NCBI GenBank assembly: GCA_964016885.1
Contig: OZ024743.1
Span: 336,970,001 to 337,034,000, forward strand
DNA: 64,000 nt
Source: Eledone cirrhosa
Taxonomy: Eukaryota
Reading direction: 5' to 3'
Below, one piece after another: positions 9,987-22,260 of this stretch. The position numbers and the translations under genes are program-made. Numbering within the stretch: position 1 is the stretch's first letter; every line of letters starts with the position of its first letter. The notes beneath the pieces are model-generated. The model worked only from the letters and a program-made list of their open reading frames with translations, had not been told where the DNA came from and did no database searches.

Positions 9987-12900
9987 AGGCTGTCAGGCAG
10001 TGTAGACGTCTTTTTGGAGCTACGTAAAAGTGGTAAATTTTCAGTTTATTTTCGTTTGTAATAGTTGTTCAATTTTGTGAAGGGGAGACGCAATAATATT
10101 TGGGCAATTTGGCCCAAATATTTGAATTTGTGTATTTTAAAAAAATTATCGAAAAAAGAAATATGGCTGAGCCACGCCCCCCAGCGGTACGTCGGCTGTC
10201 GTGTAACAGCGGCTTAAACGTTGAGAGGAGGGTTACGGCGAACAAAGAAATTTATACCACAAACAGCATGAACAATGACAACAAGAACAACAGAAACAAT
10301 AACAACAAAAACAACGATATTAACACCACAAGCAAGAACATGAACAGCGACAACAACAAAACCAACTGCACCGAAAACAACAACAGCCGCACCAAAGATA
10401 AAACCAACAGCACCAACAAGAACAACGACAACAGCAACAACACCAACAATAAAAACATTACCAGCAAGAACACTTTCGCACCGGCAGTAGCCAAAAAGAG
10501 GCCATGCTTCACCATGGACCTCACGAATAAAGATGAAAAGTTGGCCCAGGCATGGAAGCTCATCAAGCAAGAGCAAACCTGGGCCAACTTAACTGCCCCA
10601 GCAGAAACCATTGAAGCAGTGGAGCGTAGAACGGTGCATTTCAGATGCATCTCAGCAAAAACAAAGAGGGCGGCTTTAATTTCCCAGGCAGATATTGAAG
10701 TCGCGCTGTTTAAGTCAGAAGCCCTCGCTATAAAACATGCAATGACCCCTTGCAAAACCACAGAGGAAAGCGAACGGCTCACATCCGCATTTCCAGGATT
10801 CCACCAGGACTTGATATGTGGTGGCTCCTTGGATGCGGGATTGCAGAGGGGACGGGTACCATCCCGATAGAGGTTACAAGAACTGCCAGGGAGGACTGGT
10901 CCGGAGTTGACCTGGAGATACTTTTCCAGATTAGACCCGAGAATGTAAAAACAATCGCGGACCACATCCGTCTCCAGAACGGGACGGTGATACATATAAT
11001 GACTGAGGGTTTGCGGAGAAACCACCCATTTGCGAGCCTTCTGCCCTCAACTGCTGAAAAGTACAAGGGGACGAAGGCTTCGACTGCTGCCGATACCGAA
11101 GAGAGGAGAACCACCACCAACACCAGCATCGGCAAAACCACCTGCAACAACCACAAATGAAACAGCACCACCAACACTAGCCACCCAGGGGGCAAACGAA
11201 GAAAGCTCTCCCATTCCCCCTCCCCCAGAAAATACATACCTGATCAAAAACATAAACACACATACAGACACAGACACATTTACAGCTTCAGACCCCTCAT
11301 TTTCAAGTAGTGAAGAGGAGGGAAAACCAAAATCCCCCAAAAGGCAAAAAAAAATCCACAAAGCACAAAACATGCAGACACCACAATAAAAAATGCAGAT
11401 ACCACCCACGCAAACATCTCCCCAACAACATCAACATCAACACCAATATCACCATCACCAGAATCCCCAAATGAAAACAACCGAAACAGACATAAGATCA
11501 AATACACACACAAACAACTGAAACCGCAGACACTGCACTCACAACACCACCAAAACCATCACCACCACAGTCACGCAAACAAATAAAACTGCACCAACAA
11601 AACATACAAAACTTCATGCTTGTCAAAAGAGCCAACAAGGAATTGATGGCCCTCGTAGCACGAAGTAAAGAAATTCAAACAGAGAGGGGGATTTTTAAAT
11701 CGAGCACATTTTGCGTGCCAGAAGATTTGTTTCTGGTGCGAATGTCGCTCGATTCCTACAAAGGAATTCGTGGCAGCTTTCCTCGGGACGTGGGAATCCC
11801 GAACATAAAACCCATATCCAAACTTTTAAAGAGATTCCCAAAAGAAACCCCACCAACTGTGGCAGTCGAACCACCCGACCTTCACAAGAACCCGGGAGCT
11901 AAGTAAACCTTTCCTATCTCATTTAGCCTTCCAATATGGCCATATTACGGGTTGGAAATTTAAATATTCGAGGCCTGGGGTCGCTCTGGAAGCAGGGTCA
12001 CCTGCTCAACGACCTCAGGTCTCTAGAAATGGATGTAATTGCCGTCAGCTAGACCAGAATTTCCGACACGCGCGCACTAGCCCCCATTTTCGACGACTAT
12101 CAGATCTTCGCATCTGTTAGACGGCCGGAAATGGGAGGTGGGGTGGCAGTGCTGTTTAGGAAAGGCCTGCATCTCAAGGTAAAGGTCGATCTTCAGAGAC
12201 CCGAACGGTAAGTTGGTGGTCCTGGACGAGAACAATAGTGAAGGAGGTGCCTTTAGACTAGTGGCCATCAACGCCCTTACTTGGGCCGGACGGCGGGACT
12301 TCTTTAGACGCCTTTACTGTTTGCGGGGGACTGGGACGGCATCTTAGATGCACGCTGGGATTGTGTGAGAGTAGCCGATAGGAGCGGGGGGTGTAAAAGC
12401 CTCAAGTTCCTGATCAGCTAGTTCCAACTCTCTGACAGGTACCGACTAGATTTCCCTAATGCACCAGTGTGGACCTGGACCAACCGCATAGGGTCATCTA
12501 GATCAGGCATGTCAAACATGCGGCCCTTTACAAGCACACCTGCAGCCTGCACAAGGGTTTTTACAGCGCGAGCATGTTTTATCTTTGTAATATAATATTT
12601 AAAAGATGAGGTGCAATGTGCGCGATTAGCTTTCGTGTGTGGCCCTCAAACAACACATATGTGACCCATGTGACCCTCAGGGTACCCTCAGTTTCCCATG
12701 TCTGATCTAGATCGTATATAGACAGGAATTTCATTAGAAAAATAGATAGAAATAGTGTAGGCTGTCCACGTTTTAAAGCGGTCGCTTATTCAGATCGCAA
12801 GTTTGTGATCTGTATGGTCGAACTAGATAAGACGCGTCGGTTAGGACCTGGTTACTGGAAGCTGAACATGTCGTTTCCGGCACGTATGGCTTACAGGGAC

Positions 12901-15697
12901 CTGGTCAACAATTTAGTTAAGCAAAAGTTGACAGGGAGGGGTCGTCAACAACAGATGGTGGGGGGCTCTCAAAAGAGAGAGAGTGATTTTGATAGGATTT
13001 AGCAAAGAGGTATCATTAGAGAAAAATAGAAAGTGGGGGGGGGGGCTGGTAGCTAAGTTAGACGAGGCTATTTGTAGTGACATTGCAACTGACGTGCTAG
13101 GGGCGAGAATGACATTAGACCAATTCTTCAATGCGTAACATGAAGGTTGCATTGTCAGAGCTAAGGCGCTTGCTCTGAGAAACGAGGGAACCAAAGCTGT
13201 TCGATGGGCCCGCGTGGCAGAGGCGCAGCGTGGTAATAAAACCACAATTCGGTCTTTGACGGACCGAGACGAACACGAGCTGAGTGATTCCAGGCGGATG
13301 TGTGAGGCCTTTCGCCAGCACTTTTCTCGATTGTTCGGGTGGTGAGGTCAGAAACGGTAGCGGACTTCAGACCCTACCTCGGCGGCTTGCCGCGCATGTC
13401 GACGGCCGGCGCGGAGTGCTACGAAAGGCCGATAACTTCAGTTGAAATTAAGGATGCATTTGTCGGATGCACGAGGCGCAAATCACCCGGTTTGGATGGT
13501 CTTCCCTGCGAGCTTTACGTAAATATGCCAGACTTGTTCTCCGATCTCCTCGAAGCGCTCTAATGCAACTGGCAGCAGAACGGGAGTATTCCCAGTTCTG
13601 TGAGCCGGGGCGTAGAGACGCTGATAAGGAAAGACAAGAACAAGAGGGACACATTAGATAATTTCAGGCCCATAACTCTGCTCAACACAGATTTTAAGAT
13701 TTTGGCCAAGGTGTTAGCGAAAAGGTTGGCGCTTGTCGTCGAAGGTTTGGTTGGTGAGGCGCAAACTTGCGCAATCCCGATCAGGTCCATATACGACAAC
13801 CTCTACCTCATGCGATACAACATAGAGAGCGTAGGGTGTAAACCTGGCTTCGGTGGGGATCTGATCAATTTAGATCAATCAAAAGCATTCGATAGGGTCG
13901 ACCATCGGTACCTGGAGGCTGTCCTCAAGGCAGCTGGCTTCGGCCTAGTCTTCAGAAGCTGGATCGCTGCAATGCACAGCGGCATCAGTTCGGTGCTCAA
14001 AGTTAATAGCCACCTCACGGAACCGTTTCAGAACTCCCGATCAGTCTGTCAAGGGTGCCCTCTCTCCTCCTTTCTGTATGTATTGACTCTCGGGCCTTTA
14101 CTGCGGAAGCTGGAGCTGTTGCAGGGCATTCCGCTCGAATCGGGACGTGGAAAGGCTGTGTCAGCTTATGCGTACATCACCGTGATGGTGTCGGACACCT
14201 CGGAAATCGAGGTGGTCGACACCTTATTGGAGGAATATGAAAGGTTGACGGGAGCGAAATTTAACCCGGAAAAGTCGGTGGACTTGCAGCTCGGCACCTG
14301 GAGAAGCAAATCCATGCCGTCCAACAGCGTCGTTGGGTGTTGGACGAACGGACCGGTAAAGTTGTTCGGGGTTTGGTTCAGACCAGACCTCCAGGTGGAT
14401 AAGAATTGGGACGAGGTGACGATCAGGGTAGCCAGTCTCACCCAGAAATGGGCTGCGAGGAAACTGTCCCTAAAAGGTCAGGTGGAGGTGACGAATGTGG
14501 ACATCTCGTCCGTCATATGCTACCACCTGACCATCGTGCCTTGCCCCCGTCCGCGCTTCAAGTTGGAACGGTTCCTCTTCAAATTCTTGTTGAGGTGACA
14601 GGTTCCGTTGGTGAAGCGGTCCATCTGCTACCAGCGCTCTTTACGGGGAAGGCTGGGCATGCCGTAGCTAATGATGCACAGATATGCTCCGAGGCTGCGG
14701 CACCTCCAGATATTCTGCCTGAATGGTGAACATGTGTGGTCACCTTTTGTCAGACGGGCCTTTCCACAGCTCGTCTCTTTCATGAGCTGCAGTCCTGAGT
14801 CAAGAAAGACTGACACTGAGTGACTGGCATCTGGAATGTTGTCAGGCACTCACTGCCCTCCTCCAGGCGGGCGATGCGGTTAGTGGAACTTCCACTCCCG
14901 AATTCTATAGGGGATTAGTGATGGGCAAGGTCGACGACGTACTTGGAAGGGCTCTGAGCATCGACGAAGTCGAACTGACCAGTCTGTTTCCGGAGGACAT
15001 TCGAGCTAGAAATGATGGATAACTTCCAGAAATCCCTCGCTTGACAATGTTACCGGGGGGCACTGACGGTTCGAGATAAACTCTGCAGGCACGGAAGTAC
15101 TGTCAGACGTACCTGCCCGAGATGCGCGCAGAGCGACGAAACCGTTCTGCACTCACTCGTCCAATGTCCGTGTATTACTGACTTGTGGAGTTATGTCGAA
15201 TAGCTGTTGTCACGTGTAGAACGGATCCGGCTATCGGCCGAGTCCATAGTGAAGATCGACCCGCTGCCTTCTTTTGGCCAGGAAAAGCAGGCAATTTTCC
15301 TCTGTCTGGTGGCAGTAGCGAAAGAGGTTGTATGGTGGACCAGGTTGAAAGGACTGAAGACAGACACATTTCTCTTCGGCCAATCCCTCATCAACTTTTT
15401 CAAGTTTCACTTGGAAAGAAAGGTGAGGGTGGAGAGAGAAGTGCTGCCCCCCAGTACATTTGCTAAAAGATGAGTGAACGTGGCTGGTGCCCTCAAATCG
15501 TCAGGTGGTTCAGGATTGGTGGGGTACCTGACTCAACCCTGGGTTGTTATCCCCCTTATTGGTGAACTTCTGTTGTTTTTAATTTTCTTGTTTTCATATT
15601 TTTTACTCGATTTTTTAGTAAAGCTCCCACTATACCCATCTATTGTATTGTCCTTTATGTGTCGGTCCTTGTGGCCAATAAATGAAACTATTATTAT
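9987..15697 (+). mobile_element. Tx1/L1-group LINE, copy 2 (full span, degenerate)
   Basis: 5' UTR with GTAGACGTC, ORF1 from ATG 10163, ORF2 from about 11936 with many stops, frameshifts and deletions, RT piece 13600..14598, AATAAA and (ATT)n tail; colinear with copy 1. Confidence 0.95.
12504..12704. mobile_element. hAT (Charlie-like) MITE inserted in LINE copy 2
   Basis: Imperfect TIRs CAGGCATGTCAAAC and GTTTCCCATGTCTG; 8-bp TSD ATCTAGAT (12496-12503, 12705-12712); copy 1 has the empty site. Confidence 0.92.
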
Positions 15698-15705
15698 TGT
15701 TGTTG

Positions 15706-15706
15706 T

Positions 15707-15777
<71 letters not shown>

Positions 15778-15790
15778 TGCAGTAGCCGCA
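15706..15790. repeat. (TAG)n microsatellite
   Basis: Direct inspection. Confidence 0.95.
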
Positions 15791-15799
15791 ACAGTAGTT

Positions 15800-16222
15800 A
15801 TATTTGCCTTGCATCCTTTTGGTATCGATAAAATATAGCACCAGTAGCGCACTGAGGTTGATATGATCGAATTTCCTCTTTCTTTCAAATTGCTGACCTT
15901 GTTCAAAAGTAGAAGCAATTTTCCGATCAAACTAGCCATGACAAGCACTCACTTGGCCGACGTCCTAATGGTGTACTCATTCCGTTGTCCATTTCCGGGA
16001 TACCCTTCTATTAGATATTAATTGTTTGTGATGTGAAAGTTGTGAATTGACAGAATCGTTAGAGCGCTGGGTAAAATTCTTAGTTATTTGGTTACAGCTC
16101 TTTGTTATCTCACCGATAACAAATTTGCCTTTTACCTATCCAAAGTACCAGTCAATTAATTGGCTCTTTCCGCTTCAAAAAAAAAAAATACTAGTTTTAT
16201 GCCTAAAGTAGAAACCATTAAT
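15800..16222 (+). mobile_element. Two old SINE remnants (15800-15921 and about 16035-16222)
   Basis: TTTGCCTTGCATCCTTTTGGTATCGATAAAAT core, and tails AAAGTAGAAGCAATT and AAAGTAGAAACCATT. Confidence 0.7.
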
Positions 16223-16477
16223 CACTTATGATGTGGCTTGTTTGCCCCACCTAAATTCGAATATATATAAATACAATAGCTTAGGGATTAAATTCACGTC
16301 CAGCAGATATGGTTAAGTGGAAAATATATTTGTGTTGAGGACACATTCAGAATATTTCCGGGGGAAACATATGAAATTGGGGACCAGCTTGATAATGTAA
16401 ACAGCCACTGGAGCTGTACAATCCCAAAATCACAGGAGTGGGCAATATTACCATAGCAATTATCCCAGTGTATTACT

Positions 16478-16544
16478 AATAAAGTACCAGTAATACACTG
16501 GGATAATTGCTGGCCTTGTGCCTAAAGTAGAAACAATTATTATT
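16478..16544 (+). mobile_element. SINE 3' fragment with an inverted 5' piece
   Basis: AATAAAGTACCAGTAATACACTGGG...GAAACAATTATTATT; 16455-16477 is the exact reverse complement of 16489-16511. Confidence 0.85.
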
Positions 16545-16845
16545 CTGACCATGCGCCTATAGGCTAGCTAACTTGAGGAGAGGGGTGCTCTCCCTGGGTG
16601 CCCTAGAAGCGCAGGGTGGTTCAGGATTGGTGGGGTACCCGAGCCACCCCAGGGTCGTCCACCCCCTATCGGGGAATTTATTTTGTTATATTTATGTATA
16701 GTTTATTTTATATTTTTATATTTTCATTGTTAAATTAGTCTTGCCATTGTGCACTTTTACTCGACCTTATTGTAAACCCCCACTGTCCCCGTCTTTGTAT
16801 TGTCCCCTACATGTCGGCCCTTGTGGCTAATAAATGAAATCATTC
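16545..16845 (+). mobile_element. 5'-truncated Tx1-like LINE (last ORF2 codons plus 3' UTR)
   Basis: Nearly identical to the reverse complement of 725-1022. Confidence 0.95.
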
Positions 16846-16970
16846 AATCCCGCCGAGGTTGACTTTGCCTTTCATCCTTACGGGGTCGATAAAATAAAGT
16901 ACCAGTAATGCACTGGGTATTTGCTGGCCTTGTGCCTAAAGTAGAAACAATTATTATTATTATTATTATT
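16846..16970 (+). mobile_element. SINE 3' half with (ATT)n tail
   Basis: AATCCCGCCGAGGTTGACTTTGCCTTTCATCC...GAAACAATT(ATT)n. Confidence 0.92.
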
Positions 16971-16974
16971 GGTT

Positions 16975-18003
16975 ATTGGTGTGATCCAAGTTTGAGACTG
17001 CTGTCGTCTGACAGCGGTTTAAACATTGAGGAGAATAACGTCACCCCTCCTACAACAGATATGAACACCAACACCACATTAGGCCTGATCGCCAACAGCA
17101 GCACCAACAACAACAACTACACCAACAATAATAACAACACCAACAACAGTAGTAACAACAACAACAGTGAAACTACAAATGTGAAGAAAACTGACAACAC
17201 CAATAATAGCAGCAACAACGACAACAGCAACAACAACAACAATAATAACATTACAAACAACAAGAACACTTTTGCACCGGCAGCAGCCAAAAATAGGCCA
17301 TGCTTCGCCATGGACCTCACGAATAAAGATGAAAAGTTGGCCCAGGCGTGGAAGCTCATCAAGCAAGAGCAAACCTGGGCCAACTTAACTGTCCCGGTTG
17401 AAGTTATTGAAGCAGTGGAACGTAGAACGGTGCATTTCAGATGCATCTCAGCAGAAACAAAGAGGGCGGCTTTAATTGCCCAGGCAGATATTGAAGCTGC
17501 GTTGAAATCATCAGGGATGACACCGAATACATAGCGAGGGGCAGACAATACGGCACCATTTCGGTGCTGTTTAAGTCAGAAGCCCTCGCTATAAAACATG
17601 CAATGACCCCTTGCAAAACCAGCAAGGTCATTATGTACCCTTCCCACAGAGGAAAACGAACAGCTCACGTCCGCATTCCCAGGATTCCACTAAGACTTGA
17701 CATGTGGTGGCTCCTGGGATGCGTAATTGTAGAGGGGACGGATACCGTCCCGATACAGGTTACAAGGACTGCCAGGGAGTATTGGTCCGGGGTTGACCTG
17801 GAGATACTTTTCCAGATTAGGCCCGAGAGTGTAAAAGCAATCCCGGACCACATCTGTCTCCAGAACATATAATGACAGAGGGCAAAATGCCGCATTGTTT
17901 CGTTTGCGGAGAAACAACCCATTTACGAGCCTTCTGTCCTCAACTGCTGAAAAGTGCAAGGAGGCGAAGGCTTCGACCGCTGCCGACACACCAACACCAG
18001 CAC
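16975..18003 (+). mobile_element. Tx1-like LINE copy 3, ORF1 region only
   Basis: DLTNKDEKLAQAWKLIKQEQTWANLT, MWWLLGC and CFVCGETTHLRAFCP; highly similar to copy 2 ORF1; truncated at the 3' end. Confidence 0.92.
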
Positions 18004-18004
18004 T

Positions 18005-18190
18005 GGTGGCGGCGGCTGCGTGAAGATCTGATAATCATCGAAAATGGGAGCTAGTGCGGCGGTGGTGACGGTGGCGGCTGCGCTAAGATCTGATAGTCGT
18101 AGAAAATCGGGCTAGTGCGGTGGTGGTAGCGGCTGTGCGATGGTCTGACAGTCGTCGAAAATGGGGACTAGTGTGGCAGCGGCGCCGCCC
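18005..18190. repeat. Three ~58-bp units containing an antisense LINE ORF2 snippet
   Basis: AAGATCTGATAGTCGTCGAAAATGGGGGCTAGTGCG-like core (matches 4251-4286) alternates with GCG/GTG-rich spacers. Confidence 0.85.
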
Positions 18191-18849
18191 CCCGTCGTCG
18201 TCGTTGTTTACAAGTGGCTTTCCAAGTTGTTTACAACCTAACTTTACTTTAAACAACTTACTTAACATTCCAACTCAGCTTAAACTTGTGTAAGGTTAAC
18301 AAAGATAACAAAAGAATTGATTCGCCGTAATGTTTTCCTTTGGAGCTGAATAGTTTTTTCCTTGTAATTTCAATCGAAATCTCTAATCTCTAATCTCACG
18401 TGCTGCGAAACATTCTCTTTGTTGCTTCATTCACAAATCCGGACAGTGCTACCGTAAAACGGGGGAGAGGAAGATAAATAAATGCTGGGATTTGACTGAG
18501 CACTTCTTTTTCGTGGCAGTCGCCGTCGAGACCACTGTTATCCTCAGTCCATGAACTGTCATTTTTGTACAGAAAATTGGAAGATGTGCTGACCGCTCGA
18601 GGTAGGGGCCCCATAGGGTAGTGTGGTGGATGCAGATGTCGCTGGTGGTTCTCCTCGACAATGGCTTCGCTATTTTGTCACTAAAATTTACTACCTAGAC
18701 AGCAGTGAAGAGTTTGCTGTCCTACACTCTTTAACTTACTTTCATTATTTACTTTTGAGATACTCATCCTCTGAAGAAAGCTGCATAGTACACTCTGCAT
18801 ATGCATGTTCCACAGAAGCAAGAGGAAAAGTTAAAATATCTTAGGGCCA

Positions 18850-19508
18850 TTTGTATGTATGATGGAAGGCAGGGGACTGGATTAAACGCAAGAGTTACAT
18901 GAGCTGATGTAGTAATGTGCCAGCTTCAGTTCTCAATCATAAAAAGAAGAGTTGTAGGTATAAAAGCCAAACTTATTATCTTCAATTCGATCTTTGTGCC
19001 TATGGTCATGAATTTTGGATAATGGCTGAAAGAATATGATCATGAATACAAACAGCCTAAATGAGGTTCCACTAAAGGGTCTTTGGGGTAACCTTACTTG
19101 ATAATGGGCATTGCTCAGAGATCAGAGACTCACTCCAAATTGAAAGATCACAGCTCCGATACTACAGTCATGTGGCTAGAATGTCTAAGGAAAGGAGCGC
19201 TGGGCAGATATTACGGGCAAAACCAGAGGTTGACCCCGAGCAAGATGGCTGGATGACATCCACGAGCTTGGTCTCTCTCATTTAGGAATCCAGCCGAATC
19301 AATTGGAGACGGTTGTTACTTATAGGACCCTCTAAGAAGCAGCTGTCTCCATATTCATAATGGGCTCTGGAAACAGATCACTCATCTCTGATCTTGGTTA
19401 GGCGAATGACAACCAGAGACCAACTCATATCTAAAAAAGAAAATAGGACCCCTAGGAAGGCGTGTCTGCGGACGCTTCCTCCAATACTCTCCCAAGAAGA
19501 AGAAGAAG
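18850..19508 (+). mobile_element. RTE-clade LINE 3' fragment, degenerate
   Basis: KAKLIIFNSIFV..YGHEFWIMAER, RSQLRYYSHVARM, PRARWLDDI; (AAG)n tail. Confidence 0.8.
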
Positions 19509-19819
19509 TGTCCAGAATCATATTCCTATAGCTCCTTTAGGTCATTCATAAGTCCACATACTATACATACTAAATAATATGTCCATGGTCAAGTTTTATG
19601 TACATCACTAAGCAAAGACACTTGGAATATTAGTTCCGAATTTTATTCGAGACGTTTGATTGATTGAAAAAATATTGTTGTGCTGGTACAGATACGTGAG
19701 GCATATAGGGAATGAGAGGTGACCTAAGAAATGTTAAGTGATCCAAGGGGAAAGAACCTGTAAAAGGAGAAGACAAATGAAGTGACAAAGTACTACAACA
19801 AATGACAAGATGATGTGCA

Positions 19820-19873
19820 GAAGTCCTGTCCAACCCATGCCAATATGGAAAAATGAATGTAAAATGAGAATGG

Positions 19874-19904
<31 letters not shown>

Positions 19905-19905
19905 A
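19820..19905 (+). mobile_element. RTE-type 3' tail with (GAT)n
   Basis: TCCAACCCATGCCAATATGGAAAA...(GAT)n; the same tail occurs at 25245-25300 and 30110-30160. Confidence 0.75.
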
Positions 19906-20688
19906 TATATTTGTAAAAAAGGAAAAGAATGACTTCACTTGTAGTTCTAAATAATTTGATTTAATATTCCAAAATTATCCTTATTTTTCTCTTTACTGCC
20001 ATCCCATTCTTATCAAAAGACATGAATCTTACACCTCATTAAAACCCACCAGACACACACCTAAATTCATCTTTGATATAGAAATTTGTAGAAGGTATTC
20101 TTTATAAATTTAAGAGAGTTGATTCAGCTATAAGAAATGAATTTGAAAAACATCCTGCCATTATATTCATCAAAAGTCATCTATTGAAATGGAACCACCA
20201 GGAGGGGACGTTTACAAACCCTTTCTTAAACACTCTTATCTTGCTGTCAATCTTCACCATTTTCTGTGTGTATATATTCATATATGTGTGTGTGTGTGCG
20301 TGTGTTTGTGTGTGTATGTTTTATTCCTTTAAATCTTCATCAACACTTCTTCCCTTCCACACTCATTAACACCACACCCCACACCCAGACACATCCAAAT
20401 CTCTCTTGTATATAGTCACACATCACAACACAACCTGATCTCAATTTGACAATCGCCACCGAGGAATGCGAGAAAGTTCTCCAAGAAAATTAACCAGGAA
20501 TCTTTAAAATTCTTCCCACCGAAGTTAACAAAGAACTTGCTAGATCTACCAACTCATAATATTATAATATTATAAGATTAAATCAAATTATTTAACACTA
20601 CAAGTGAAGTCATTCTTTTTTTTTTTTCAAATATACCTAACTGTATCAAGGATCTCACACATTTTCCAATATATATATATATATATAT

Positions 20689-21160
20689 TAGTCAGTCTAG
20701 TCACTACTTCTGATCAGATCCGAGAATAGCCCTTAAAAGGACTGTTATCGCATACGGTCTGATCGGATCTGAGGGTAGCCCTTAAAAGGACTGTTGTCTC
20801 ATACGGTAAGGATGAACAGACGAAAGCACAAGTTGAAAGGACGAGCAAGGCGAGAGATGTAGTTCGGTCAGCTATTTATTTTCATACATGAAGCGACGAT
20901 ACAGAGGTACAAGGCATGTGTGAGTGACAATCGTGGCAGAGGAGAGGAACAACGATACGCTAGCTGACTCTGCCAAAGGTCGACTGGCGAAAGTGTTTGG
21001 AACCACTCTATTTATACAGAAATAATCGTTTGATGTTTAGCCGCTGCGTAAGCGTTTTATTTTGGTGGCTTTAAGGGTTGTTTGTTTCACGGTGAGGTAG
21101 CTAGCTAAGCAGGTAGATGGAGCTGTTTATTTCACAGATGTTATTTGCGGTGGCTGTACA
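20689..21160 (-). mobile_element. Probable solo LTR with an internal 48-bp duplication
   Basis: Minus strand begins TGTACAG, then TATAAATAG, then AATAAA; flanked by TA-rich repeats. The 3' terminus is not a canonical CA. Confidence 0.5.
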
Positions 21161-21214
21161 TATGCATACATTCATACAAACACACATGTACATACACACA
21201 TTTACACATATATA

Positions 21215-22160
21215 TAATGAAATTATTGTGTAAAGTGCTCAGGTGCACTACAACTCGTCAATATAGTACATAGAATAATACACAAATATCAGGGAAGTAC
21301 ATGTGTGTATGTGTTAGCTGTAGTGTTGGCGGATCTCGGGAAGCATGGAGGCCTTAAAGGATGCAGTGTCTCGACAGCTAACAACTGATGCAGGTAGTTT
21401 GTTCCATGCTTCAGCAACTCTGAGCGTGAAAAAATGTTTCCGAAAGTCATGGGAACTGTGCTGTTTTCTTACTTTGTGGGCATGTCCACGTGTGTTAGAC
21501 ACATGGAAATCAAAAAGGTACTCAGGGTTGTTGTTGGCAACATGGTTAACAATTTTGTGGGTGTTTACCAAATCAGTTGCCAGGCGTCGGAGCTTCAATG
21601 AATCCATGCCCAGGGAAGCAAGGCGCTCAGAGTATGGTAGATGCCTGATGGAGAGTATTCGCTTGGTTGCACGTCTCTGAACAGTTTCCAGGCGGTCAAT
21701 GTCCTGAGGAAGATAGGGGTTCCAGACTGGTGATGCAAATTCTAAGTGTGGTCGCATCATAGTTGTATACAGCCTTAAATAGATATCTGGAGAGCGGCTG
21801 ACAAAGGTCTTGCTGAGTGATGCTAAGACACCCTCGGCCCTCTTGACAATTTTAGAGACGTGCCTCGTCCAACGCAAATCGCTGCTGACCGTAATGCCCA
21901 GGTCACGTTCACGGGAAGACTTCTTGATATTAGTGCTGTGGAGGGAGTATGTGGACGCTGGGTTTTTACTCCCAAAATGCATGGTGGTGCACTTGTCCAC
22001 AGCTAGCTTGAGTTGCCAGTCTGAGATCCATTGTTGCATTGTGTCCAGGTCAGACTGCAAGCAAGATCTATAGTGTTCAGGATCTGTCCTTTTTATCTCA
22101 AGGTACAGCTTGATGTCGTCTGCGTACTTTAGTACTGTGGCATTCCTTAAGTTGGCATCT
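21215..22160 (-). mobile_element. CR1-group LINE, 5'-truncated, with open RT C-terminal frame (21314..22158) and 3' UTR
   Basis: YADDIKLY, LQSDLD, ERDLG, RPHLEFASPVWNPY, VQRRATK, FFTLRVAEAWNKLP; no internal stops. Confidence 0.93.
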
Positions 22161-22260
22161 ATATATACACACTCATTTATATTCATGTCCTTTGCGTATC
22201 ATATTGTCTATATAATCTTCACAAACGAGTGGTTATAACAGAAATGATTTTCTTTTTTAA

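Noticed and set aside
16908-17534. 208-aa ORF as an independent gene
   Set aside because: A SINE tail and (ATT)n read into LINE ORF1.
18765-18830. Hammerhead starting at CTGAAGA
   Set aside because: No matching stem II, GAAA and UH arrangement downstream.
19322-19463. Short direct repeat ATAGGACCC.CTA.GAAG flanking about 100 bp in the RTE
   Set aside because: Possibly a small insertion with a TSD, but too degenerate to assign.
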